This document shows positions 54,884 to 64,000 of a DNA stretch of 64,000 nt, one piece after another. Both the position numbers and the translations under genes were made by a program. The stretch's first letter is position 1; the number at the start of each line of letters is the position of its first letter. Source of the stretch: Pelagomonas calceolata (lineage: Eukaryota); contig CAKKNE010000002.1 in NCBI GenBank assembly GCA_918797485.1, positions 1,674,001-1,738,000 on the forward strand, given 5' to 3'. A model generated the notes under the pieces. That model searched no databases. It had not been told where the DNA came from and saw only the letters and a program-made list of their open reading frames with translations.

Positions 54884-55357
54884 TTACCGTCGTTGCCATT
54901 TGTTGCCGTCCGGCCATTTGATGCCGTCGGCCACGATGTCGCCGCGGAAAACCGGCACGATGACGTCGTCGACCGATTCCATCGTCGTGCCCGCGGGCGG
55001 CTGCACTGAGCCTGGCTCGACGAGCAACGCGATCGTCGAGTCCGTCGCTAGCCCTTTGATCGACCAGACGGGGCCCCCGGGGTCGTCCTGGCCGGTGATG
55101 CGGGCGCGGTCGCCAGTGACCTTTATTTTGCGCCAGCCATTGACGTGGTTCGGGTCCGCATACTCGCCCTCTAACTGCAACGCGTTGCTTCGTCGCGTTG
55201 TGGCGAGTGCCACGGCGGTCGCAAGGGCTGCGCGACGCGTCGTCGTTGCGGCATTTGCGAGTGCTGCGCGACGCGTCGTCGACGTCGCATGCGGTCCGCG
55301 CATTCGTTCGACGCGCATCGATGCGACGAGTAGCGCCTGGAGCAGCAGTAACAGCAT
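54884..55357 (-). CDS. Small protein of unknown function with signal peptide and twin-Arg motifs (possibly thylakoid lumen)
   Basis: MLLLLLQALLVAS, TRRAAL x2, then EGEYADPNH...GIKWPDGNKW. Confidence 0.6.
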   Translation of the reverse strand: MLLLLLQALLVASMRVERMRGPHATSTTRRAALANAATTTRRAALATAVALATTRRSNALQLEGEYADPNHVNGWRKIKVTGDRARITGQDDPGGPVWSIKGLATDSTIALLVEPGSVQPPAGTTMESVDDVIVPVFRGDIVADGIKWPDGNKWQRR

Positions 55358-55624
55358 TGGCCCGGCCGAGGAGCGGCCCCCTTTTTTCAAGAGCTCGAAG
55401 AAGTACGAGGCGGTCACGCCGGAGCGAGGGCAGAGGCACCCTCGGAATTGATTGGCATCGGCCTGTGGCTGCTGCTAGAGAGGAGTGCAGCGCAGTTTGT
55501 TGCCGCGATAATCGCGTCGCCCGTCGCCCGCACCTTCGTTTCGGCAAGCGCTGCTGCACGTGTAGTAGCAGTCAGCAGTCAGCACGGTGGCACAAGCGTG
55601 CAAGGCCACATCGAGCGCAATCAG

Positions 55625-56035
55625 ATGGGCTTCAGCAACGTGACCGGCAAGTATCGACCGAAACGCGGCGGCTGCGAGACCGCCACGCAGCGCAAGAAGC
55701 GACGCTATCGGACCGGCGACCAGGAAACCGCCCAGGACATCCGCGTCGTTAAAAAGCAAAAAAGCGAGCGCGCCGTCGGCGACCGCGCGCCGGCGCAGCT
55801 GCCGAAGCAGAAGAGCGCGGCGCAGAAACGGCTGAAGGCCCTCGTGAAGAAGAACGAGGACATCAAAAAGCTGCGACGAAAGGCGGAGGCTGGTGCCGCG
55901 CTCGACGCGCAGCAGACAGCCAAGCTCGCGAAGGGCGACGCGGTCTTGCTCGAGCTCCACGAGTTCCTGGAACAGCACCCCGCCGAGGCGGCCGCCTACG
56001 CCGCCGCGCGGGACGAGGCGAGCAAGCCGCGATGA
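55625..56035 (+). CDS. Small basic helical protein (PYM/WIBG-like C-terminal motif)
   Basis: KRLKALVKK..DIKKL...LDAQQTAKLAK. Confidence 0.5.
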   Translation: MGFSNVTGKYRPKRGGCETATQRKKRRYRTGDQETAQDIRVVKKQKSERAVGDRAPAQLPKQKSAAQKRLKALVKKNEDIKKLRRKAEAGAALDAQQTAKLAKGDAVLLELHEFLEQHPAEAAAYAAARDEASKPR

Positions 56036-56038
56036 TAG

Positions 56039-56777
56039 GTGAACACCTCCTCGCGCGGGCGCTTCTCCGTCGTCGGCTCGATCTGCACCTTACTCACCAA
56101 ATCGGACTCCGAGATGACCGGAGCATCGTTTTGGACGGGAACTTCGGCCATCGCGGGCTGGCTGGAGGCGCTGGGAGTTGCGAAAGGCTGTTTTGAGCCT
56201 CTTGCGCTATTGCGGTGCTGCGTTTGCGTCTATTGCAACTCTAAAGCACATGACCAAGACCGTGCCCCGCCAGACGCCAGGCTCACGTGCCAGGCCGTGC
56301 GGGTCTGGTTTCTCGCTGAATATTCCAGCCTCATGACAAGCACGGCCAGGTTGGCTTAGGCCACCCGCCTCGCTATAGGAATCGCCCGCCGCGCCACCTG
56401 CAGGTTCCGCGTTCCCGCGGCGGGGACGTCCGACGTACACCGGGCTAGAACTAATACTGTACTTACACTGTGGAGGGGAGGAGAAAACTAAACGACATCT
56501 CTCGCCGGCCGGACCTCCTCCTTCTGGGTCGGGTCCACTGGTCGCAGCTCAATCACGTGCCAGGCCGTGCGGGTCTGGTTTGTCACTGAATATTCCAGCC
56601 TCATGATAAGCACGGCAAGGTTCGCTTCTCTGCTCCGCAAGAAATCGCCCGCCGCGCCACCAGCAGACTGTGAGTATGACCAATAAAAAGTCCCCATACA
56701 GTACGAGTAGATGACTTGGCGTCGGACAACATTTTACAAGGATGTATGTGGGCTTGGAAAATCCCACAAGCCCGCGA
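56039..56777 (-). repeat. Mosaic of inverted copies of segments from 50.2-52.75 kb
   Basis: 56039-56192 = rc(~52600-52751); 56408-56550 = rc(~50185-50327); 56553-56777 and 56283-56400 = rc(~51952-52165 and part of it). Confidence 0.88.
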
Positions 56778-56986
56778 CTAAACCATCTCCGTCTGCGGCT
56801 CGGGTGTGGGCGCGGAGGAGGAGACCTTGTCGAGCTCGAGCTCACCGGCGCTGGCCTCGACTTCCTCGGAGGGACAGCACTCTCGGAGCTTGTTGCTGCG
56901 GTAGAGCCAGAAGATCAGGCCGGCGACGCCGACGACCGCGAGGATGACGAAGATCGCCACGGCCGCGGCCTCGCCCTCGTCCAGTC

Positions 56987-57019
<33 letters not shown>

Positions 57020-58007
57020 AGTTCGCGGTGCAGGGCGCGGCGACCGCGTGCGGCTCGTCCATCGTGAGCTCGTCGATCTTTACATAAGACAACTCGACGT
57101 TGACGGTCGCGTCACGCAACACGCAGCTCGCGCAGAATTGCGGGCCGGCGTAGAAGTCCAGGTTGGACTGGAGGCTGCCGTCCGAAATAGCCGTTTTTAG
57201 CGCTTGGGCGATCGCCTCGGGCGTCTCCAAGACGGTCGCGCCGACGGGCCAGTAGTGGATGGCCACGTCGAAGCGGATGGTCGTCGTCAGGCCCTCGTCG
57301 TAGTCGTCTTCCAAGACGGGGACGGGCGGGTCGTCGTCGTCCTGAATGCTGGGCGGCTTATATTCCTCGGCCACGATATTGTCGATCTGGACCGTCGCCG
57401 CCTGCAACGCACCCGCTATAACGATTCCGAACTGCGTGATGGCGACTTCGTCCGCATTGAAGTTGTGGGCCCGCAAGCCGCCGAGCACGACCGCGCTCGA
57501 GACCACGGCGCCCACGTCGGCGAAGCTAGCGCGGCGGTACGTCTCGGTCTGCAGGACGTGACTCGTCGCGTCCGCGTCGATATCGTCGTACGGCCAGGAG
57601 GTCCAGGTTCCGTCCGGTAGAGAGCAGTTCTCCAGGTTCGCCATGAGTAGCGACGGGCCCGTCGACGGCTCGACGACGGCGCTCTTGAGGTCGTCCCGGA
57701 CGGATTCCGCGTTGATGCCGGGCAAATTGACCGAGAAGCTCACCTTGGTGTCCGTTTCCCCGATATCGTAGACGTAGGACGTCGCCTCCGGCAGTGAGAG
57801 AAACGCTTCACTGTAGGTGGCGCGGAGCGACGCCCTCACTGCCCAGCGCAGGCACTGCTTGGCGTCGCTGTCGTCATTCAAAGACATGGTTGCTGTGCTG
57901 TCGAAGACCAGCGCCGACTCGACGATTTCCAGGGGGACCCCTTGCGTAGCAGCGGCGCTGGCGAGCCACCCCATGAGCAGCAGGAGGCCGCGCCGGACAG
58001 CAGCCAT
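56778..58007 (-). CDS. Orphan type I membrane protein, paralogue 3 (inverted copy of paralogue 2)
   Basis: Signal peptide and TM/tail almost identical to 50740-51951; ectodomain diverged. Confidence 0.78.
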
Positions 58008-58727
58008 CTTTGCAGGGGCAGCCGGCGGTGCGGCTCAAACTATCTGCTCAGATATATATATATTGAATCTGGCTCCCTCCGAGGCGCCACAGGTTTCCGC
58101 TTTGCTCGCTCTCAATTTTAAAGTGGCTTCTTGCTCAGGGTCAAGGGGTGGGTATTAGCGCGGGCGTCGCATCCGCGCAGTTTGTCAGGGTAGGTCTGCC
58201 CGCGGGAACATGGCTTGCCGTGGAAATCTACCTTCGAAAGCATAACCTTCACGAGTCTGGCCCGGTATACCGGTATCGAGATTTTATGCCGTGAGCTCGA
58301 CCGAGGCCTCTGCTTCAGCAAACGTTGTGGATTGATGGCGACGAAGGTCCCCCAGGCAAGTACCACGGCCTGGCGCCGCGCCGCCGCGCGCGCGCACCGA
58401 GGCCAGGCCTCACGTGCCAGGCCTGTGGCCCACGGTCACGGTGCCCCTCCCTACCCTTCTATAAGCTCCTGAGGTAAATAACCCGTACTAACCGGGAATT
58501 ACCCGGGTTATTAACCCGGGCGGCGCCAGGGGTAAATAACCCCTCAGGTATATGGCAAGGTTCCTAGTGGCCGGCAGACACCTCCTAAAAATTCCGCGCG
58601 TGCAGTGTCTAACGCTGACTACTCAAGAGCGAAACGTCAGTTAGGGCACGGCGCCGGACCCCTCCCCCGCTGAGATAAGATAGTGTATGGTGTGTACCCA
58701 AAAGGGGGGGCGCGCCGCGGCCGCGGC

Positions 58728-61220
58728 CTAGTCCGCCGCGGGCGCGTCGGGCATCTCGGCGTCCTCGGGCGCCGCCGCCGCGGCGTCCTCCGGCGCGGCG
58801 GCGGCGTCGTCCATCTTCGCGTCGCCGTCCTCCTCCTTGGCCTCGGCGGGCGGCGCGTCCGCGGGCGGCGGCGGCGCCGCCTTCGGCGGGAGCGGCTTGG
58901 GCTTCGTGAGGATGGGCCGCGTCGCCTGGTCGAGGTCGTAGAGCTTGTCCTTGATGTGGCTCGGCAGCAAGACGGGGTCCTGGCACTGTTCCAGACTCCC
59001 CTGCTTCTCGAGCGACTCGAGGAGCCACTCGGACGCCTTCGAGGCCGCGTCGCGCACCGTGCCCCGGTCGTCGTCGCCGATGTGCGCGTGTTCTTCTGAA
59101 GTCGAGTTGCAGAACGTCTTGAGGGCTTCGACCTTGGCCTGGAGCTCCGCGACCAAGGACGGCCGCTCGCGGTCGGCCTTCCTCCGCAGCTCCGCCGCGT
59201 CGCCGATGTTCCGCACGTCCTTCAGCCTCTGGGCATACTGGGATTTGGTGGCGTCGTACCCGTCGCCCTCGTACAACCACGTCTCCGCGTCGTTTAAACC
59301 GGCCTCGAACTTCTGCTTCGCGTCGTCCGACACGTACGGCCGCAGGTCGCCGATCACCTCGTCGCGCATCTTGTAGATGTACGCCTCCAATTCGTTGCGC
59401 ATGTCGTTCGTCTCCCTTATCACTCGGTCCTGGTTCGCCATCTGGGCCTCGGTCTCGAGGCACGCGTTGAGCTCCTGGCGCGTCATGCGCGCGACACTAG
59501 ATTCGACCTCGAGGGGCGTCTTCTTGTACTTGCGCTTCTTCTTCGTCGGCTCGGGCTCCTTGGCCTCCTCCTTGGCCTCCTCCTTCTTCTCCTCGGCCTT
59601 CTCCTCCTTGGCCTCGCCCTCGTCCATCTTCGCGTCCTCCTTCGGTTCCTCGTCGGGCACCTCCTGGACGAGCTGGGCCGACGCGACCTGCACCGTGCCG
59701 TGGACGCTGTGCGACACGTTCACGCGCACGCGCGCGGAGCCCGCAGGGACGCCCTTCACCGTGAACGCGCCGATGGCCGGCGAGACCTGGTCGGGCAGCT
59801 GGGCCGGGTCCGCATAGCTTGCTTTGATCGTGAAGTCCTCGCCCCGCCGGAAGGTCAATCTCTTGGTGGACGGCGTCTCGCCGTTCCGCGGGAACAATAA
59901 CACATCGGCGGAGTCGTTCACCTCGTCGTCCGACTCGTCCCCTTCCATGGGTTTCGTCGAGGGCGCGTCCCAGGACAAGGACACGCCGAAGGGCGTCGCC
60001 TCGAGGATGTTGTACTCTTTTACTTTGAACCTCGGCGACAACATGGCCGCTTGCATGGCACAGCCCTTCGACGTGCACTCGTCGGCATTTAAAGTTGTTT
60101 TTAACCCGTAGTTCGGCTGCGTTTTGTCCGTATTTAGCTTCGTGGCGAGGACGCGCTTCACGGACGCTACCCTAGAACCGCCGCCGCAGATTTCTACCGA
60201 ATGGAGTTGATCAACGGACGTCTCGGAGTCGGCGAGGGCCCGTTCCACGGGGTCCAATAAGCGATCTAGCAACGGCTGGACCAACTCCTCGAACTTCTCC
60301 AGGGTAAGCTTGCAGTTGAAGTCCAAATCGTTCATCAAACACTCCAAGTAGATGTTCGCCTCCGCGACGCCGTGCGGCGACAGCGTCTTTTTCGCCTTCT
60401 CCGCGGCATCGAGCAGCTTCATGCGCGGCTTCGGCGAGCTCATGGGGTCGCACTTGTGCTTCGCTCGGAATTCCGACGCGATCCACTCCGCGACCCTCAT
60501 ATCAAAATCTCTACCTCCAAGTGTTCGATCATAAGTCGTAGATTTCACGGTTAACTTCCCGATGACGTAGTCCACGACCGACACTTGGTACGACGAATAC
60601 CCGACGTCGACGAAGAGCACTCTCTGGGCTTTCTCGGCGTCGAAGGCCTTTTTGGCCGACCGCCAGATGCCGTACTCGAGAGCGGTAGCCGTGGTATCGT
60701 GCATCAGCCTCAAACAACGAACCCCGGCGATCTCGCACGCGTCCAGCATGGACAGCCGCTGGTCGTTCGTGAACCAGGCCGGCACGGAAACGACACAGTC
60801 GGCGATCGGGACGCCCTTCGTGGCCTCCTCGCAGATCTGCGACATCTTGCAGATCATCATGGCCGCGCACTGCTGCAAGGTGAGTTGCGTCGGGTTGCCG
60901 TCGTAGGACACCTCGACGCCGACGTCGCCATTTTGTAATTCCACGAACTTGAGGCCCGGGACCCGGGCCATTTCTTGCTGCACTTCTGGTTCTTGATATT
61001 TCCTTCCTATAAACCGTTTGATGCAGGACACGGTGTTCTTGTAGTTGCTCCGCGCGATGGACGCGGCCGCTTCTCCTAAAAAGCGCTGCTTGCCCTGGAA
61101 CGAGACCTGGCAGGCGTTCAGTCTTTTAGAGTTCTCGTTCAGCAGGACCGTGACGCCACCGCGCTCGGCCTGGGCGACGACGGCGTTCATGCAGCCGAAG
61201 TCGAGGCCGACGACAGCCAT
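58728..61220 (-). CDS. HSP110: Hsp110/Sse-type Hsp70-family chaperone
   Basis: VVGLDFG, VVSVPAWF, TATALEYGI, LGGRDFD, AEKAKKTLS, TTLNADE, acidic insert, NELEAYIY. Confidence 0.95.
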   Translation of the reverse strand: MAVVGLDFGCMNAVVAQAERGGVTVLLNENSKRLNACQVSFQGKQRFLGEAAASIARSNYKNTVSCIKRFIGRKYQEPEVQQEMARVPGLKFVELQNGDVGVEVSYDGNPTQLTLQQCAAMMICKMSQICEEATKGVPIADCVVSVPAWFTNDQRLSMLDACEIAGVRCLRLMHDTTATALEYGIWRSAKKAFDAEKAQRVLFVDVGYSSYQVSVVDYVIGKLTVKSTTYDRTLGGRDFDMRVAEWIASEFRAKHKCDPMSSPKPRMKLLDAAEKAKKTLSPHGVAEANIYLECLMNDLDFNCKLTLEKFEELVQPLLDRLLDPVERALADSETSVDQLHSVEICGGGSRVASVKRVLATKLNTDKTQPNYGLKTTLNADECTSKGCAMQAAMLSPRFKVKEYNILEATPFGVSLSWDAPSTKPMEGDESDDEVNDSADVLLFPRNGETPSTKRLTFRRGEDFTIKASYADPAQLPDQVSPAIGAFTVKGVPAGSARVRVNVSHSVHGTVQVASAQLVQEVPDEEPKEDAKMDEGEAKEEKAEEKKEEAKEEAKEPEPTKKKRKYKKTPLEVESSVARMTRQELNACLETEAQMANQDRVIRETNDMRNELEAYIYKMRDEVIGDLRPYVSDDAKQKFEAGLNDAETWLYEGDGYDATKSQYAQRLKDVRNIGDAAELRRKADRERPSLVAELQAKVEALKTFCNSTSEEHAHIGDDDRGTVRDAASKASEWLLESLEKQGSLEQCQDPVLLPSHIKDKLYDLDQATRPILTKPKPLPPKAAPPPPADAPPAEAKEEDGDAKMDDAAAAPEDAAAAAPEDAEMPDAPAAD

Positions 61221-61768
61221 GGCTGCGCTGGCCTACGCGGCTGTATCGCTGGCGGGTGGCCTCCCTGGAAGGAGGCGCCTACGTTGGCTGTATCGCCGGC
61301 GGGTGGCCTCCCTGGAGTGGAGGCGAGCTGGCGCGTCGTTTCGCGAGCTGAGCGTCGACAGGCGTGAACACTGTGTTCAGGACTGCCCCTCGCTTGCACT
61401 GCGTTGCACGATGTGCCTCACAATTCGAATGCCGAGTGACGCTAAGTCGCATCGACATCCATCGATTATTTCGTGCGGGGCGGCCGCGGACCGCTCCGAG
61501 AAACCTTTTCCAACACCGAGGTCAAGCAACAGACGTCGCTCCTGCTTTAGAAACGGGTAAAACGCCTTTCGCCATGGAGGACGCACCCGCGGGCGGCCGC
61601 CGCGGACCTAAGAACCACGCCAGTCACGCCAGGTAGTAGAGCCAGGTAGAGACGCCAGGACCAACGCCAGGACCCGCCAGGCGTCTACGCCAGACGCCAG
61701 ACGCCGCCGCCGCGACAACAGAGCAGTATATATATAAGCAATCTTACGCACAAGCGCCACGAAACAAA

Positions 61769-62926
61769 CTAACCGTGGTAACCCTGAGCGATAATAAAGT
61801 GGCCGCCCTCGCGGTAGCGGTGCAGGTACGAGAAGGCGACCTTCTCGATGGGCGTCGGCGCCATGCCAAAGTCCGCGAAGGTCAGCACGCCCTCCCCACC
61901 GGAGCAGACGACGTCCAGCCGATCCAGTTCCACGTCGTCGGGCACCCACAACGGCACGGGCAGCACGTCCACGAAGGACGCCGCCGCCGACGCCATCGAC
62001 GCCGGCACGTCGATCAATTTCGCCTTCTGCTTCGTGATGTCGAACGTGAACTCGGCGAGCTCCCTCCGCGTGTACTCGGCCGGCCCGCCTAGCTCCACGA
62101 CCTTCCCCTGGTACTGCGATGGCTCGGTCGCGATCTTGTTGATGACCTTCGCGACGTCCGCGACGTACGTCGGTTGCACGACCGCCCGGCCGTCATCCAC
62201 TAGTGGCACCACTTGGAGGGGCATGTTCGCCACCGTAGCAAACCAGTTCAATAACCTATCTTCGGGCCCGAACAACGCGCAGGGCCGGACGATCGTGGCG
62301 TTCGGGAACTCCTCCAAGACCGCTTGCTCGCCTTTGGCTTTGGCCCTTGCCCAGGCTACGGGGCTATCGGGTGATTGCGCGGCACAGGAGACATGAATAA
62401 AATGTTCGCAGCCCGCCTCGCGCGCCGCCTTCGCAATCGTCCGCGCGACGTCCACATTTGTTTCTTCATACGAGTAGTTGACCCTGCTTTTACTTCCATC
62501 GGGTTTTTTCGTGGGCACCACGCCCTTCGTCTCGTAGTACTTGCCGACCATGTTCACGGTACACGTAGCTCTCCCGATGACGTCCTGGACCGACGCCGCG
62601 TCTCTGGGAGAATAAAAGGGCGCGTGGAATTGACCGTGATCAAAGGACACCTTCAAGTGCCGCGTCTCATCATCACTCCCGCGGTTGCCCACGCGGACCC
62701 TCGTGCCGACCTTGCCCATCTCCGAGCAGACGTATCTTCCTAAAAATCCCGTCGCTCCAAATAAGCTCGCTCGCACGCCGCTCACGGAGTGGCGGCCGCC
62801 GAGGCCGTACTCTCCGGTTCGTAGGGACGACGCGCTCGCCTCGTGGGCGTCGACGGCGCCGACGACGGCCGACAGCGACCGCGTCGCTGTCGCGCGGGGG
62901 GCCCGCCGGAGGCTTGAGGCGAGCAT
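61769..62926 (-). CDS. NDUFA9: NADH:ubiquinone oxidoreductase 39-kDa subunit
   Basis: Mitochondrial presequence; GGRHSVSG, FGATGFLGRYV, FGPEDRLLN, QPTYVADVA. Confidence 0.93.
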   Translation of the reverse strand: MLASSLRRAPRATATRSLSAVVGAVDAHEASASSLRTGEYGLGGRHSVSGVRASLFGATGFLGRYVCSEMGKVGTRVRVGNRGSDDETRHLKVSFDHGQFHAPFYSPRDAASVQDVIGRATCTVNMVGKYYETKGVVPTKKPDGSKSRVNYSYEETNVDVARTIAKAAREAGCEHFIHVSCAAQSPDSPVAWARAKAKGEQAVLEEFPNATIVRPCALFGPEDRLLNWFATVANMPLQVVPLVDDGRAVVQPTYVADVAKVINKIATEPSQYQGKVVELGGPAEYTRRELAEFTFDITKQKAKLIDVPASMASAAASFVDVLPVPLWVPDDVELDRLDVVCSGGEGVLTFADFGMAPTPIEKVAFSYLHRYREGGHFIIAQGYHG

Positions 62927-63145
62927 GCTGCTTGAGGCTTGACCTGCTCGGCGGCCGGCGCGGATCGGCTAAGAGAAACGCGGCGGGCTGGCGCGTTTGT
63001 AGGAGCTCTAAAATAGCCTCCGGCTGCGCTGCGCGGCTGGCGTAATGTGGTAAAAACTGAGCTCAAAGCCGAGAAAACCCGATTATTTTTGGGGCGGCGC
63101 CGCGCACGACGTCAACGCGCCCCACCGGAAATATCATCACCATAT

Positions 63146-64000
63146 TTAGTCATCCTCGTCATCCTCGTCGTCCTCCTCGTCGTCCTCGTCCTCGCCCTCG
63201 CCGTCCTCGCCGCCGTCGTCGCCGTCATCAGCGGAGACCTCGGTCCAGCCGTCGGCGTCGCGGTACTGCGCCAGCCCCCGCTCGGAGCCGTCGTCGCCGG
63301 CCCGCGCGAGCGCCTCGTCGGCCACGAGCGGCCGGTAGAGCTCGTACAAATACGCCTCCTCGTCGAGCGCCATGATGAGCTGCTGCGGGCCGTTCAATAA
63401 GACCTGGAAGAAGCCGTCGGCGTGGCGCGGGCCCCGCGGCAGCATGTACCACAGCACCTTCTGGAGGTAGCGCGCCGGCCGCGTTTTGAGAGCCAATGCC
63501 ACCGGCAGCAGCAGCAGCAGGAACGTCTTGCGGCCCGCGTCCTTGACGCCGACGTTCGCCGCCACCAAGAGACCGAGCGCGACCTTGGCGCCCTCTTTAT
63601 AATCCATGTCCAGAATTAATGAAGCGCGCTCGCCTATCGTGGCTTTTTTCGACACCGCGCGGCCGCTCTCGAAGAAGGCCTTGCGCGGGTCCCGCTTCGC
63701 CAGGAGGCCGCGGCCGTCCCTCACGATACCTTCCGTGACTTTCGCCTTGCGCCGCTCGAGCTCCGGTGCCAGCGACGCGAGGAGCGCGCGCTCGTGACGC
63801 CGCACGTCGTTCGCCACGCGCGCGCACACGCCCAACGCGTCGTCGTCCTCCCCCTCCTCAAGATCCTCGTCGAATTCGTCGGCCAGGACTCGTCGCATGT
63901 GGTCGAGCGCGGCGCTCTCGGCCGCGTAGGCCCGGACCCGATCTTCCAGGTCGTCCGGCGGCCGCGGCCGGCCGTCGGCGACGGGCGGCACGACGTCCAA
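63146..64000 (-). CDS. Hypothetical protein, C-terminal part with acidic tail (5' end outside window)
   Basis: Open frame to TAA at 63146; hydrophobic segments and a D/E-rich tail. Confidence 0.55.
   Translation of the reverse strand: MDVVPPVADGRPRPPDDLEDRVRAYAAESAALDHMRRVLADEFDEDLEEGEDDDALGVCARVANDVRRHERALLASLAPELERRKAKVTEGIVRDGRGLLAKRDPRKAFFESGRAVSKKATIGERASLILDMDYKEGAKVALGLLVAANVGVKDAGRKTFLLLLLPVALALKTRPARYLQKVLWYMLPRGPRHADGFFQVLLNGPQQLIMALDEEAYLYELYRPLVADEALARAGDDGSERGLAQYRDADGWTEVSADDGDDGGEDGEGEDEDDEEDDEDDEDD

Noticed and set aside
61230..61325. ~47-bp tandem duplication upstream of Hsp110, plus short gcagc/cgccag repeats at ~650-775 and ~61620-61710
   Set aside because: Simple local slippage repeats with no evidence of function; no convincing heat-shock element seen.
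1..64000. tRNA/rRNA genes or an autonomous transposase/reverse transcriptase
   Set aside because: None recognised by eye; a covariance-model and HMM search would be needed to exclude them.

Overview
GC-rich, gene-dense eukaryotic DNA with short introns. It is most likely from a pelagophyte alga (Pelagomonas/Aureococcus-like). That is inferred from bipartite plastid-targeting peptides (signal + ASAFAP), fucoxanthin-chlorophyll a/c antenna genes and many introner introns with TIR CTGTGTGGAAATC...GATTTCCACACAG and 8-bp target-site duplications. The ends hold ordinary genes (histidine phosphatase, CFAP73/CCDC42-like, aminotransferase, DUF760, DUF179, Hsp110, NDUFA9). The core (~15.5-58 kb) looks like an iron-starvation gene island. 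It has two plastid flavodoxins, a class I aldolase divergent from one of them, three ISIP2A/FEA1 phytotransferrin-like genes, a multicopper oxidase fragment, a ChaN-like haem-binding protein and two Lhcq-like antennae. It also holds uncharacterised members: a Dispatched/Patched-like RND protein with three SH3 and two EGF-like domains, two secreted AspH-type hydroxylases, three DUF285 surface proteins, three paralogous orphan type I membrane proteins, a LicD protein and a bZIP factor. GCACGTG(C/T) boxes sit upstream of several of these genes. The island shows recent duplication, inversion and truncation, including a filled/empty introner site pair. All gene models and family calls are by eye; no database search was run.
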